In this document: positions 35,401-48,442 of the stretch, piece after piece | Layout: every line of letters begins with the position of its first letter | Numbering within the stretch: the first letter of the stretch is position 1 | Assembly: GCF_000150275.1 (NCBI RefSeq) | Contig: NW_002060958.1 | Coordinates: forward strand, 224,966-288,965 | From: Trichoplax adhaerens | Taxonomy: Eukaryota; Animalia; Placozoa | Reading direction: 5' to 3' | DNA: 64,000 nucleotides | The notes under the pieces: generated by a model | Told to the model about the DNA's origin: nothing | The model's database searches: none | Seen by the model: the letters and a program-made list of their open reading frames with translations, nothing else | Program-made: the position numbers and the translations under genes

Positions 35401-38400
35401 TGCTTCGCATTTGTGAAGCTTGCTGAAAGTAATTAAAAATCTAATAAGTAAACACAATGTAAATTTAACGCTATTCCTTTGTATAGTTTAAACACGCTCC
35501 TCTAGCTGGATTGGATGACCTCATCATGCAATAAACCGGTTTTACTTAATTAATTATTTATAAAAATGTATTAATTAAAAATCACAAATCTAAAATTTAC
35601 TATAAATTAAAGCTTATATTCCATAACCTATTCTCTAGCTGATAGTACTGAAAATTATTTCATGGAAACTCTTAAAAGGACCTATTACTGAAAGAGCTGA
35701 AAGCTTAATGCATAGTAAAGTCAGAATACTCTGTTAACTTATGATAGTTTGGAGTCAAACTCATTGAATTTTGCTAATAGATTAGCTTTAGCAAAGATCT
35801 GTGCTCACAGCCGTTAAGTGTAGCTATCGATCCTGCAGATCATATTAATATTTGCACTTGGGCATGATATTTCAATTACTACTGAACATTTTTTTACTAA
35901 TATAATAAAAGAAAGGATTGAAACAGCGTGCCCAGTTACTCAATTACGTCACAGTTGCTATATGTAACAAATATAAATAGAAACCTACAGTTGCTATAAC
36001 ACTACTGCTTCCGATTAAGTTTTAAATTTTTGTGCAATTAACACCTTGGTTTGGTGTTGACTTAGTGCATCTCTTCTAATTATGTCAATGATTTTATTTG
36101 AATTCTTTATTCTAGAATATACGATGAGAATCGTTGTACAAAATGAATACTAATTACCGGTATAGAGAGAAAAACAATAAAATGCTAATAATTAAAATTT
36201 TAATGAGCAATAAATCCTTTGCAGACTATTATGCTCTATTTTATCACGTAAGCCAATAAGATGGCTTATTGTAGAAGACTTACTAACACGTAAAGCGAAT
36301 GATTGACATCCATACATCAGAATAATTATAAAGTGCCCTAATAGGGGAAAAAAATTGCTGATAAAGTCAATAATTATTCAGTATCAGGTCATAGTCCACT
36401 ATCACGGTCGAATATACTGTATAACCCTGATAGTGCGGAATCTTGGGTTCATGGCTTGACACTTTAACCTGTGGCACATTTCTGAGTTATACCGCTTGAT
36501 AGTTGACTTATTATCACGATAAATTCTCCTCTCCAAACAATAAATGAAAATCCGTTATCTTTTAGAGCAGAATACAGACTCATGCTGATGAAACAGCTTA
36601 CTCCATTTACTTTTTGTTTCAAAATGCTCAGTGGTTGAGGTTACCAGGTTATACAAAGTGACTAGGTTGACTAGAGTGTAACAACAGGAATTTAGTGATA
36701 TTAATCAAAAATATCGAGTGATATTATTTTTAATTGGAAGTTTAGATAAACTAGAGTGTTGGTAGTTATCTTCTTGTTGCAAGATGCAATAGTATGATCA
36801 CAGAACTACTTTTAAAGCTATAGGATCACGTTGTTCTTAATAATATGCAATAGTTCTTTACACTAATTGATTCATAAATATGCATTAGGTGTTAAGTATG
36901 CTAGAAGTTTTACACGATTTGTAATTCATTTGTCGATATACGCCAATCTAAAAATTCCCTTTCTGTAAGGATATAGAATCATTTATCAACAGGTATCCAC
37001 TGCAAACAAATACTAGTTAAAATAACCTGACCATAGGGGTCATCGAAATAAAATTGAAATCGTCGATCCTACAAATCTTTTAAGCAATATGTATGAAACA
37101 GAATCATTATAGTATTTTTAATCGTCTATGAAATATATAGAAATTTACTTGTTTGATGTAGGATTCATTCAAAGGATTTACCATAAATCATAACTAAAGA
37201 ATAAATTCCTTAAATCTTATACTAATATGCAAATGCTGTAGAATATCTTTTTGATGCACTATAGGTTTAGAAAAACTTGTTTCGCCAGGTATAATAAGTA
37301 TAAATCTGAAGTGGTATAGGCGTTGCAACTGTATTTATTTTCTCCTAGCATAACGCTCTTTTTTAAAATTGCTGACTATTTAAAGGCTTGTGCTAGAAAA
37401 TTTAAACAACCAGATTGGAATAGCGAGCTGTATGTTCAATACAAACTGATACAAGCACTTATACTGCACAGTATATTCGATGTATATGCCATATTCTCAT
37501 CTGCTGCACTTTTAACAACGTGAAAAGTGTATAATATATGCTCATAATTTCCTTAGCTAACCGTAAATTGTTTTATAACTATAGTAAATCCCTATTTATT
37601 TAACTTATCTCAAATTAATTAAGGCTGCAAGAGTCAAATGAATTGTACGAGCACATATCATGAAGAGGATTGATTACCGATATGCAGTATATACAACACC
37701 AAAAGTATTATATAAAGAAGTTGAATAAATGATTAGCTTCAAAAAAACAAGGGAAAATTAATTATAAATTTAATAAACCTCACTAAAAATCGAAAAAGTT
37801 CTTCTCAACATCAACAATTATTAAAAAATTGTTTTATAAGAATTGAGAGCTTCCTTCCTACTAGCAGTCTGATTATCGTAGGTAGTGTAAATGTCTAGCA
37901 GGCTGTCAGCTTCTATAATTGACTTTGCCTCTGTGCTCTACGATGAGACGGACTTGTCAACTTGCTTGTGATTCTATGAAAGCTTCGAATGAAATTAGAA
38001 ATCATTTAATCGTATGAATGAAAATCATTTCCTTCTAATTATTCCAAAATCATGCGCGGGAAAATTCGATATTCCAGAAGATCTTTGTCCTTTTATAGTA
38101 CACATGGGTGATATTATGATAGGTCTTGTGTATAATTCTACATGCCAGGATTAAGCATAAAAGCATTTAGTTGTATTATGAACAATCGAACAGTAAACCA
38201 GCTGCAGTTACCATATATTATCGGCTCACAATGGCTCATTCATTAGGAGTACTATTAATGATGGTAACAAGGTCATGGTCAATAAAAAGTCTAACCAAAC
38301 GATACAATCACTTATAGCATATTTCACTGGGAACATGGTCATTAAATTAACAGTGATGATTATATTATAAGCGCGGTAAAATGCTTTTAAATCAGGATAT

Positions 38401-41400
38401 GAAACGTGTATTGTCTGTTCAAGAATACGGTAGTATTAATTTAATCAATACACTATTCCTTATATCATATTGCTATTTTGACTAGGATAATTCACTTCTT
38501 TATTGACATAAAGTGAGATACAGTAAAATCATGTTCGTTTACCAAATTATCCCATAGTTGAAGAGAATTTCTTTCAACTATAATAAGGAGTAATGCCTTA
38601 GTTTATGTGACTTTTAGCTTAAAATTACTTATAATATTTGTTAAAGCGTATCTTTATTGCTATTGATCAAATTTTAATCCGTCTAAATTGTTAGCCAGCT
38701 ATTGTAACATGGCGTAAGAGTAAATTATTGGACAATACATAAACCTTCAGGCGATAGGATGTTCTTGAAAGAAATTTCTCAACTGACTATCAATCAATGG
38801 CCGCAATGAGTCATAAAATAGGATGTCATGGTAGTAAAATAGAATCATTCTATACAATCCTTATTAAGTACTTTATTTTAATATGGACGTTCGCCATTGT
38901 TTACATTAACTGATTTACTCGTATAACTTATTCGCTCAACCATAACTTGCTTTTCTGTGCGTCCACAACTGACCTTTAAGTAAAATTTCGATACTATTTG
39001 AAACCGGATTTCTTAGTGATATGATGCAGTCGTCATCAGTGATACAATGAGTATTATTATGATATAGTTTATACAGTATTTCAATAATACGATCAATAGA
39101 GAATTGAAATCTGGCTGATTTAAAATGTAATCTTTTCAAAGTGATGATTCATATCATGGTAATTTAAAACTGTTTTTCCGAATTTTTTTCATGGCTAGCA
39201 AATGACGCAAGGTTAAAAGGAAAAAGGATTTTTGTTGTCGTTTCAGTTGATTATTGATTGTATGTGAAAAACTGCAATAATACAACCTGATCGTTTTAGT
39301 ATTCAATATTCCACATGACTACGATTGATTTAGAAACAATCATAGTGATTAGATATTACAATATATAACAAACTACGTTTGAGTAAAGTATTATTTATTA
39401 AATTGATTAACATCTGTTAATTGCAATAGCGTCTATGGATAATGAATTAAATGCTTTTCGAATTGTATTGTTAGATAATCAAAAGTATTATTTTAATGCC
39501 TTATGGCTGTTCACGTTCTTTTGTGTCAATCGCAATCTAACCGATTACCACTATTACCTCAAATGTCTCCCATGATTTTTTTGAATTCTATGAAAGATTT
39601 ATTTCTTGATTTTATATTTTTACAATATCGATAATAAACGGACTTTAATCTATTCATCAATGTTATTGTCAAATTATTTCAAGGTAATTAAGTATGCGTC
39701 GTCGCCTGTTCTTGAGATTAGGCGTTTATAGATAGTTACAAATACGATCGGTCAATGACCCATTCAGTTTCCGTATATAATTTTGAACTTTCAGCGTCGT
39801 AGCAGCCAGGCTATTACACAATGTCTTTGTCTATCGATCTGTACCCTATGATAATCGGATAAACTTAATTTATAATCGTGGAGAAGAATCTAGTGATGCT
39901 GATGTAAAATACTCTAAGATGATGCAATCCATTGATATATTTTAAATACTACGAGCCCTGCTTTTCTTGAAAGCAAGATGACTAAGTAATCAATGACAAT
40001 TTAAAGCTGTGTCATAGCTAAATTTAGGATTTAAATCATTTAAATGCTAAAACCAATTATTGAGCCACATGGGACCAATTGTTCTTGATTATTTTTCTAC
40101 AGTTAATGATAAATATTAGAGAAACCGGGAAATAACAAAATTTTCTCAAGGTTCTACTGATAAACTCCTCCCTCAATGTACAATTACTGTATGCTGTACA
40201 GAGTTTCATGTGTTTACCACTATGGCTAATGCCCATAATCCAGCCGTGATGCTTACTGTCTGGCCTAGATTACATCATTTAGGATAAGGCTTGCAGGACT
40301 AGTACCATCTCGCATCATCAACTCCTATACAGCGTTATGATTATAGCTTCTAGAGATAATAACAGAGATTCATTAATTGCTGAGAATAAATACAGTAATC
40401 GATAGCGCAGCTCTTACGTTGTTCTAATCGACAAGTCGGTTATGTAATCGTGATCTATTAGCTCATATACCTGATGCCACGACCGTAGTTTATCAACCAA
40501 GAATATAACGTAAAGTATCCGAATAATTTTGTATTCTTGATTAATGAACAAATTATCTGTTCTCCATTCGTTATCGTCATATGGTACACGTTATTACAGA
40601 AATCGTTAGTTTTGAGCTTTATAGTTGTTGAATTGATTTTGTTTCTGAGTATTGATTTATGTCAGTCCATTTTCAATTGAGAAACCATTTTAGAAATGGG
40701 AATGGCTTAATCACTGAATGAACGAATTAAAATTTTATAATTACTGGTAAACAAGTGAAAATTTCGCCGTTATTAAAAGGGTTTAAAAATTATTTTATGC
40801 GTATAATTTTACCAGTCAATCTGCATGAACACCGTAAACATATGGGCAAGTGCGCCTAATTGAAGGCTTAATTTTAAACTGCGTTTCTTGTTGTATGAAA
40901 GTGTCAGTGATTCACTTTTACGCTTCATTAAAGGTTTATTTCAACTATGTTTCTTATTGCATCGAAGTGCAATCGTTTAAAGTTGCGACAAGCAGTTTGG
41001 ACAAGGGGTTTTAATTGAAAGCTTATTTTAATCTATGTTTCTTGCGTATCGAAGTTGAGTAGCTCGCAGTGGCAGACTTGCAGTAAGCCGCTTCTTTCTC
41101 CTTTACTCTATCCTACAGCTTAATAAGTCACTATCTGTACTATATTCACTGTCAGAGAGTAGTTGGAACTGCCATTTCAGTTTGCGTAAAACTCTTTTGA
41201 TAGTTCCTATATAAAAATCATGAATTAGAATAGTAAGACTGGAAAATTTATAGTAGTAGTCCGTAGTAGAGCAGTTGCCAGCACATTGCTAATGCGAGTA
41301 TCGGGTAAAGATACATACGAAAGTTAGTTTAGCTTTCAGCTTATAATGCTGGTCAGTAAACACTGCACAGGTATGTCAGGATCTCTAATATATTATATTA

Positions 41401-41811
41401 TACACGGTTAGTTTGCTGCTGCTTAAAGTAGCAGAGGTGCAGTTTTCCTAGTTTCATGTTATTTCTTAAAAGAGAAATTACTTTCAATTGCCTAATTATA
41501 TAATTATTCAATTTCTCTTTTGAAGATACGTGAGTCATTTCTGGGGAAATATTGTCGAACATAATTTACAAAATTGTGATGATTTCAAGTCCATTGCGGT
41601 AGTAATGTGCGTAGAAAGTGTAGATATAATATTAAAAAAGCGCTAAGCGACGTGGAATAGTCGGCCTGTTTTATAAAGCAACTATAGATGATGGCCGATA
41701 TGATGAAAATACAGAGTCTGAAAGTATGTTGTCGATATATCATGGCACTTGTTGTTTATAGAACGATTAGCGCTCAACCAGTCTCCGTCATCAGTACATA
41801 GAGACTGATAG

Positions 41812-42740
41812 CTCTTCATATCCTCAGTGTACTACATCTCAAAGCCTACAAGTCTGGAAGTACATCGTCTATTTCCATTAATTAATTATGAATTTGCAGT
41901 TAATTAAGCTTAATGGCAAGCACTTTGCCATCCATCGATCAAGATTGAACATGGCTAGCATTTCGTCATGTTCGTTGCTTGCTGCCATTTCCATCCGTCC
42001 GTGCGTAATATCCCTTGACTACTGACTAGGTATCATATCTCTTCATATCCTCAGTGTACTAACTGTATCTCTAAGCCGATAAGTCCGGAAGCACACTATT
42101 TATTGACGTTAATTAATTATGAATTTGTAGTTAATTTAATTAAGCTTAATGGCAAGCACTTTGATATCCATTGATCAAGATTGAACATGCCCTGACATGG
42201 CTAGCATTTCGTCATGTTCGTTGCTTCCGGCCATTTCCATCCGTTCGTGGGTAATGTCCCTTAACCACTGACTAGGTATCATATCTCTTCATATCCTTAG
42301 TGTACTACATCTCTAAGCCTACAAGTCTGGAAGTACACTGTTTATTTCCATTAATTAATTATGAATTTGCAGTTAATTTAATTTATGGCAAGCACTTTGC
42401 CTTCCATTGATCAAGTTTGAAGATGGCTTAACATAGCTAGCATTTCGTCATGTTCGTTGCTTGCTGCCATTTCCATCCGTCCGTACGTAATGTCCCTTGA
42501 CTAGGTATCATATCTCTTCATATCCTCAGTGTACTACATCTCTAAGCCTACAAGTCTGGAAGTACACTGTTTATTTCCATTAATTAATTATGAAGTTGCA
42601 GTTAATTTAATTAAGCTTAATGGCAAGCACTTTGCCGTCCATTGATCAAGATTGAACATGGCCTGACATGGCTAGCATTTCGTCATGTTTGTTGCTTGCT
42701 GTTATTTCCATCCGTCCGTACGCAATGTCCCTTGACTAGG
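41812..42740. repeat. Four-copy tandem repeat, units of 227/246/229/227 bp, ending ~320 bp upstream of the DBNL ATG
   Basis: CTCTTCATATCCT[C/T]AGTGTACTA starts at 41812, 42039, 42285, 42514. Shared AATTAATTATGAA, ATGGCAAGCACTTTG, GCTAGCATTTCGTCATGTT and GACTAGG blocks; high identity between copies. Confidence 0.93.
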
Positions 42741-43061
42741 AAAGTGTCAGGGAAATATAGCCACTCGCCAGTCACGACAGCTATTTGTATGGATGAGAAC
42801 CATTGAAAGCGTACTTTAATAGCCAGTTTTCACTTTGTACAGTACAAGTACTCTAGCTACAGTGGAGAGATCCTCGACTTTACAGTACAATACACTGTAA
42901 TTGGAAGCCTAGAGTAACTCCAGTTCCTCTATCGCATCCCCATTTGGATATTTTCAGGCCATTTCACACCCATTTCCATCCTCTTCAACTCCTTTCCGAC
43001 AAATTGGATTGGCATCGATTGAGTTTATTGGATCATCAAGGATTAAAAATTCATTGTCAGC

Positions 43062-45573
43062 ATGTCGATCGATCTGAATACGAATAAAAAACAGCTTTTA
43101 GATGCTTGGAAAGCAGTTTGTGATAACGAGAACGGTGTGAACTGGGCGCTATTTGGTTATGAGGGCAAAAGTCATGTTTTGAAAGTGGTGGAAACAAGTG
43201 ATGGCGATTTGCAAGACTTGATCGAAGAATTGAATGGAAGTAAAATTATGTACGCATTCTGTCGTGTTATTGATCCAAATACAAAATTACCCAAGTTTGT
43301 TTTAATCAATTGGTCTGGAGATGGTGTACCAACTACGGTTCGAGGGACATGTTCCAATCACGTACGATATGTTACGGAATTTTTTCGAGGTGCTCACTTA
43401 GTCATCAATGCACGCTCGGAAGACGATGTTGATCCTGACAGCGTTATTGATAAAGTATCCAAATCTTCTGGTTCGAATTACAGCTTTCACAAAGAGTCTC
43501 ATAAGCCTGTAGCACCTATAGAACCTGTCGGGACAAATTATCAACCGGCTAGGGTAACCTTAAATCAAGATATCAATATTCAAAAACGTGATCACTTTTG
43601 GCAAAAAATACAAGACGAAGAGAAACAACGTTCGAAAAATGAAGAAGCCAACGCTGCTTCAAAACGAGCTCAATATGAAAAGGAAATAAAAGAGAGAGAG
43701 GTATTATCGTTGAATTTTTTCCATATCATTAATCCATCAAATTTGTAGGTAAAACCAACCATGATGACATTTCCATAATCATAAATTACTTATGATAATT
43801 GTTAGGCTCGAGAAGCTCTTGAACGAGAAAAGCGACTTCAAGAGAAACAGAGAGCTATTGGTAGGCCAGTGGATAGAACGATGCCTTTACGGGCAGAAGC
43901 GGCTAAACTTAGTCAGCTAGGCAAAGAATTTCATCAGCGAGAAATGCAACAAGCAGCAAGCGGCAAACGTAATGTTACTCCATCATTACGTGATGAAGCT
44001 ACCAAGTTAATTTCCAGTTCTGCATCCAAACCCTCGTCAGATCAGGAAGTTATTACCAGTACCGCCGAAAGTAAAGCTGAGGAAGCTGCTAGATTAATCA
44101 GAGCTGGTCGAGCGTTTCATGAACAAGATCAACAAGCTTTACAAACCAGTAAAGCTACTGAATCATCGCTACGTGATGAAGCTACTGCCTTGATTAAAAG
44201 AGGCATTGCGGAGAGGCATAGTCAAGATCATGGTCAAGTAAGGGTTAGAAGTGAAAGTAAAGCAGAAGAAGCCGCTAGATTAGTTCGTGCTGGTAGGACT
44301 TTTCATGATCAGGAAGAAGTAGAACGACATCATGAGGTTTGTACGACTATTTTTGTACAAAATATAAATACTGACCCAAAACCACAGTATTGGCATATAA
44401 ACGATAGAAACAACATCGTTTTCGTAACACTAAGTATTGTTATTCTATGAATTTCCTTTTCGATAAGTAATGATAGCAATAATTTTACCGTTGTAATTGA
44501 AATTTAGTAGCCCTCTTTAATGTACAATGGGTGTTTTACTTCTAAGGCTTCAACTAACAGAACGAACAGGATGAATGATGCTGAAATACTGATTCAACAA
44601 AGTCGACAGCAGCAACGTAAAGAAGTGTCGTCTGAACAGAGTAATCAGCCTTCAGAACCTGATAGAGTAGCAGAAGCTGCAGCGTTAGTTCGTCAAAGTA
44701 AACAAGAACGTACCTTTGAGCAAACAACTGCTACTAGTCAACACTATGTAGAGGAATCTTACCAACAGGTTTGACTTGAGCATGTAAATTGTAGCGCATA
44801 AATAACACAATATGACGCTGTAACATTCCAATATTTTTACCGCTGCCGGTTTTTTGTCAACCCCCAGCCCGAACCTGTACAGCAGCAAGTTACGATTCCA
44901 GACCAAACCACCAAAGATGAACAGTATCGCCAAGACAACTATCAGGAGGTATCAGTTGGATAGATATTTCGAATGAATGCTAAATTTTACAGTAATTAAT
45001 ATCTGATTAATTTCTTTTTAACACACTTACTAAAATCTGCCTATCTAAAATGGATAGCCTGCGGTTGTACAGTATGAAAATACCTCTTATCCGGCAACAG
45101 ATGACCAACAACAAGAAGCTAATCCTGCTGAGCAAAGTAGCCCGCCTCTTTCAGGAGTTCATGCAAAGGCGTTATACGACTATCAAGCAGGTTAATGACT
45201 TATTTTCTAAAGAATGAAGTTTATCAAAACCTCAGCGTTTTATAACTGTGCAATTTAAATCAATTCGTTGAAAGAAATTGCATAGTCTTTTACTTGAAGA
45301 ATTCTTTTATCTAATAACTTAGTGTGCATTAATACTATTCTGAGTCTGGTGAAGCTGTTTTCATTATGAAACATGATAGGTTTTTTAAGCATTGATCGAT
45401 CACACTGTTCCATTAAAATATTTGTTATAGATGCTGCAGATGAGATATCTTTTCAACCTGGAGATATCATTTACGATATTGAAATGATCGACGAAGGCTG
45501 GTGGATTGGTTATACTAGCAACAGTGATAAGGGAATGTTTCCTGCAAATTATGTAGAATTAATAGAGAGTTAA
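43062..45573 (+). CDS. DBNL: Drebrin-like protein / Abp1 (ADF-H domain, charged helical region, C-terminal SH3), ~582 aa, 6 exons
   Basis: Exons: 43062-43700, 43806-44336, 44547-44768, 44868-44948, 45058-45190, 45431-45573 (1749 nt, GT-AG). ADF-H motifs [39 protein letters not shown] and [13 protein letters not shown]; PVGTNYQP; RDHFW; SH3 [17 protein letters not shown]...IDEGWWIG...[10 protein letters not shown]. Confidence 0.95.
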
Positions 45574-46083
45574 TAGAGTATTGGTGTTTCCCAATTCACA
45601 AATTTTGCAAACTCAGTGGTAAATTGATTATAAAAATGTTGTAATAATGTTGTCATTAAATGATGACATAGACTGATTGAAGTTTTTGTGAGCCTGGGCC
45701 ATATGCAGTAGGCAACAATGGATACCATACGATAGCTCAATAATTAATTCTGTGCTTATGATGTTAGACACATAAACTATTTAAAATTACTAACGTTTGT
45801 ACATTATGTTTGCATCTGTGACATTCCGGTATAAAATAAGTTTTAAAAATAGGGTTTGCGTTAAAATTGTAAAGTATTTTGATTTTTTTATCATATGAAA
45901 TGTTTTCACAATAATAATATTTGGTTTATACTTAACGTTGTTTTCGATTATGGGTTGTTTTTGGCTACAAAGATTCTTATAAACTCTTACAGCACTTACC
46001 AACTGTAAACGTTACAGTTTTATGTGATGGAACTATTGTTGTGACTTTATAAACCATGCAATAAAAAAATTTAACGAATAGTG

Positions 46084-46435
46084 AAGTGGAAGAAAGGTCT
46101 TACGATATAGCCTTGTTTAGTAACTTAAAATGGTAAAATGTGGTATATTTTAATGTGACGGTAATGCATAACTTTATTTGGCGTTTTGCTTCAGTAAGTG
46201 ATACGTAATTACATTATAATATCATCAACAGTGTCTATGATGTTGAAAAGTTGTGATAAAGTGGAAGAAAGGGCTTACGATAGCGCATGATCTTGTTTAA
46301 TAACTTAAAAAATCGTAAAATGTGGTATATTTGATTTGACAGTAATGCATAACTTTATTAGGCGTTTTGCTTCAGTAAGTGATATGTAATTACATTATAA
46401 CGTCATCAACAGTGTCTATGACGTTGAAAAGTTGT
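46084..46435. repeat. Two-copy direct tandem duplication (~175 bp) between the convergent DBNL and FIP3/4 3' ends
   Basis: GTGGAAGAAAGG...TAATGCATAACTTTATT.GGCGTTTTGCTTCAGTAAGTGATA.GTAATTACATTATAA...CATCAACAGTGTCTATGA.GTTGAAAAGTTGT at 46086 and 46261. Confidence 0.92.
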
Positions 46436-48442
46436 AGTAAGTAAATTATTAACTTACAAAGCTTGCCTTCAGCCATGTGAATTTAAAGCATTTTTACAAG
46501 AATACATCCAATAAATGAATCCCTATACTGCTATGATATTACAAGTCAGTCCTATTTTCTCACATTTGGCGCTTATTCAACTCGACAGTATTATTGCCCT
46601 TTGGTCAGGTGCTATGTCGTTACCATCAAAACTTGCAACACATAGAAAAACGGAACGATTATAGGAAATCTACTTTTAACTCACACAAAATATTCTCGAT
46701 AGGAACTTTACTAGGACGCAAAAAATACTTATTATCGTAACTTATAGTTAGTAATAACGATGCTAACTATAACAGTACATACACAAACTTTTGGATACAT
46801 CGCTGATAAATATCGATATAGAAATCGCGTTGAATACAAGTTTAGAGGGGATACTGCAACGAAATTTAATGTTAAGTTGTAGCCGTACAACAAACGATAA
46901 CTCATTCCGCAATATGTATATGAAGTATAGGCTGTATAGCAAATAAAATACATTTGCGGTATAGTTTTAGTTAAAAGGTTCATATTTGTGTCATACGATG
47001 CTTACTTACTGGTATGCAGCGCAGGTACAAGAATACTCTGACATACTAGATATTGTATTGTTTATACTTTGTATAAGAGCAAGGCGTTTCTAAAATGAAA
47101 TAGCGCCGAGAAATTATTTTTAAAATTTCGATATATAATTTTTGCTAACCATGATTCTTATTGACCAATGTTTTGAGTATAACTTCATCCGTTCAGGTTG
47201 CAGACTGTAACTCCTGGTCGTAGATTGCACAAGTTTACCATTTGAAAATATCTATTCATATCGACTAAATAATGTTAAGATTAAACTTGAGGTAACAGGC
47301 GACTGTCCTTATCTTTATATCACATGTAGCTTTATCTGATCTTACGCTATATTCTACTGGTTGGTCTAAGAGGACAGTATAAAGCTGATATTAATGCATT
47401 TACTGATTACCGAACTAGCATTGCTTACTAATCTCTAGATTAGGCGTTAACATAGGCACAAGAATACGAAATAGTCTTAAAGATCTTTATTACATTTGGG
47501 TTATGTTGGGAAAGAATATAAACAGCTCAAGTTATATGGATAAAGTTCTAGATTAGATTTTGATGTGGGTCTTTAAACTCAAACGTACATATTAATATAA
47601 GTTTCTGAATAATAACGAAGAGAAAACATTTAAATCATTTTAGTGTAAAATATCTAAATTAGGCAAGAGAAGTATATTACGGTAGTTTTTATAAACGAAA
47701 AGTTTCTCTCTTAACATTTCGAAAATTATGCTATTAAAAAACTTGAATCTTTGTAGATTTGTCCTGTAGAAGTATGTAATTTAATGTCAAAACCATATAT
47801 CCTCTAGATATCCACCTAATTATCAAGTTATGATTATTTATCGATACATTAGTTGTCGAGGGTAACGGTAAGAATGAAACTATTAAATGAAATAAACTGA
47901 TATTTGTTTGATTGCTTCAATCAATTCGATAAGAAAAGAACTTCGTTATGTTCATAATGATATGAAAGGTTACAGGTCATCAATTTACATCTACATTTAT
48001 GTGCCGCATATAGGCATGTTCCTACTTTCACGTTATGATCATAATCTACTAAATAATACTACTATTATGTAATAAGTAAGTCAGGTTATTGAAGAGGACT
48101 AAAATTTCAAAATTTCTATTAACAAATCGATTTAGTAAATTTAGTATCTAAAACTAGAAGTGCATTGCAGATCTTGAATCGAACATCGAAAAGATTACGC
48201 ATTATCGGTTATTCTTAAAATAAGAACAACTAAGTCATATACAAATGTTAAATAGTTCACAGCCAAATAGGTCTGAAAATGTATTCGAAGATATCTAACG
48301 AAGGATAATGCATCCGTGTATAAATTTCAGTTACTAGCTTAGTAATGAGTGAAGTAGACAGAAAAAAACTAGGTATGCACGTACTAGAAATCTTACAGAA
48401 CGTAAGCATACAACTTTATGATGTAGGGCTATTAGTAGTCGG

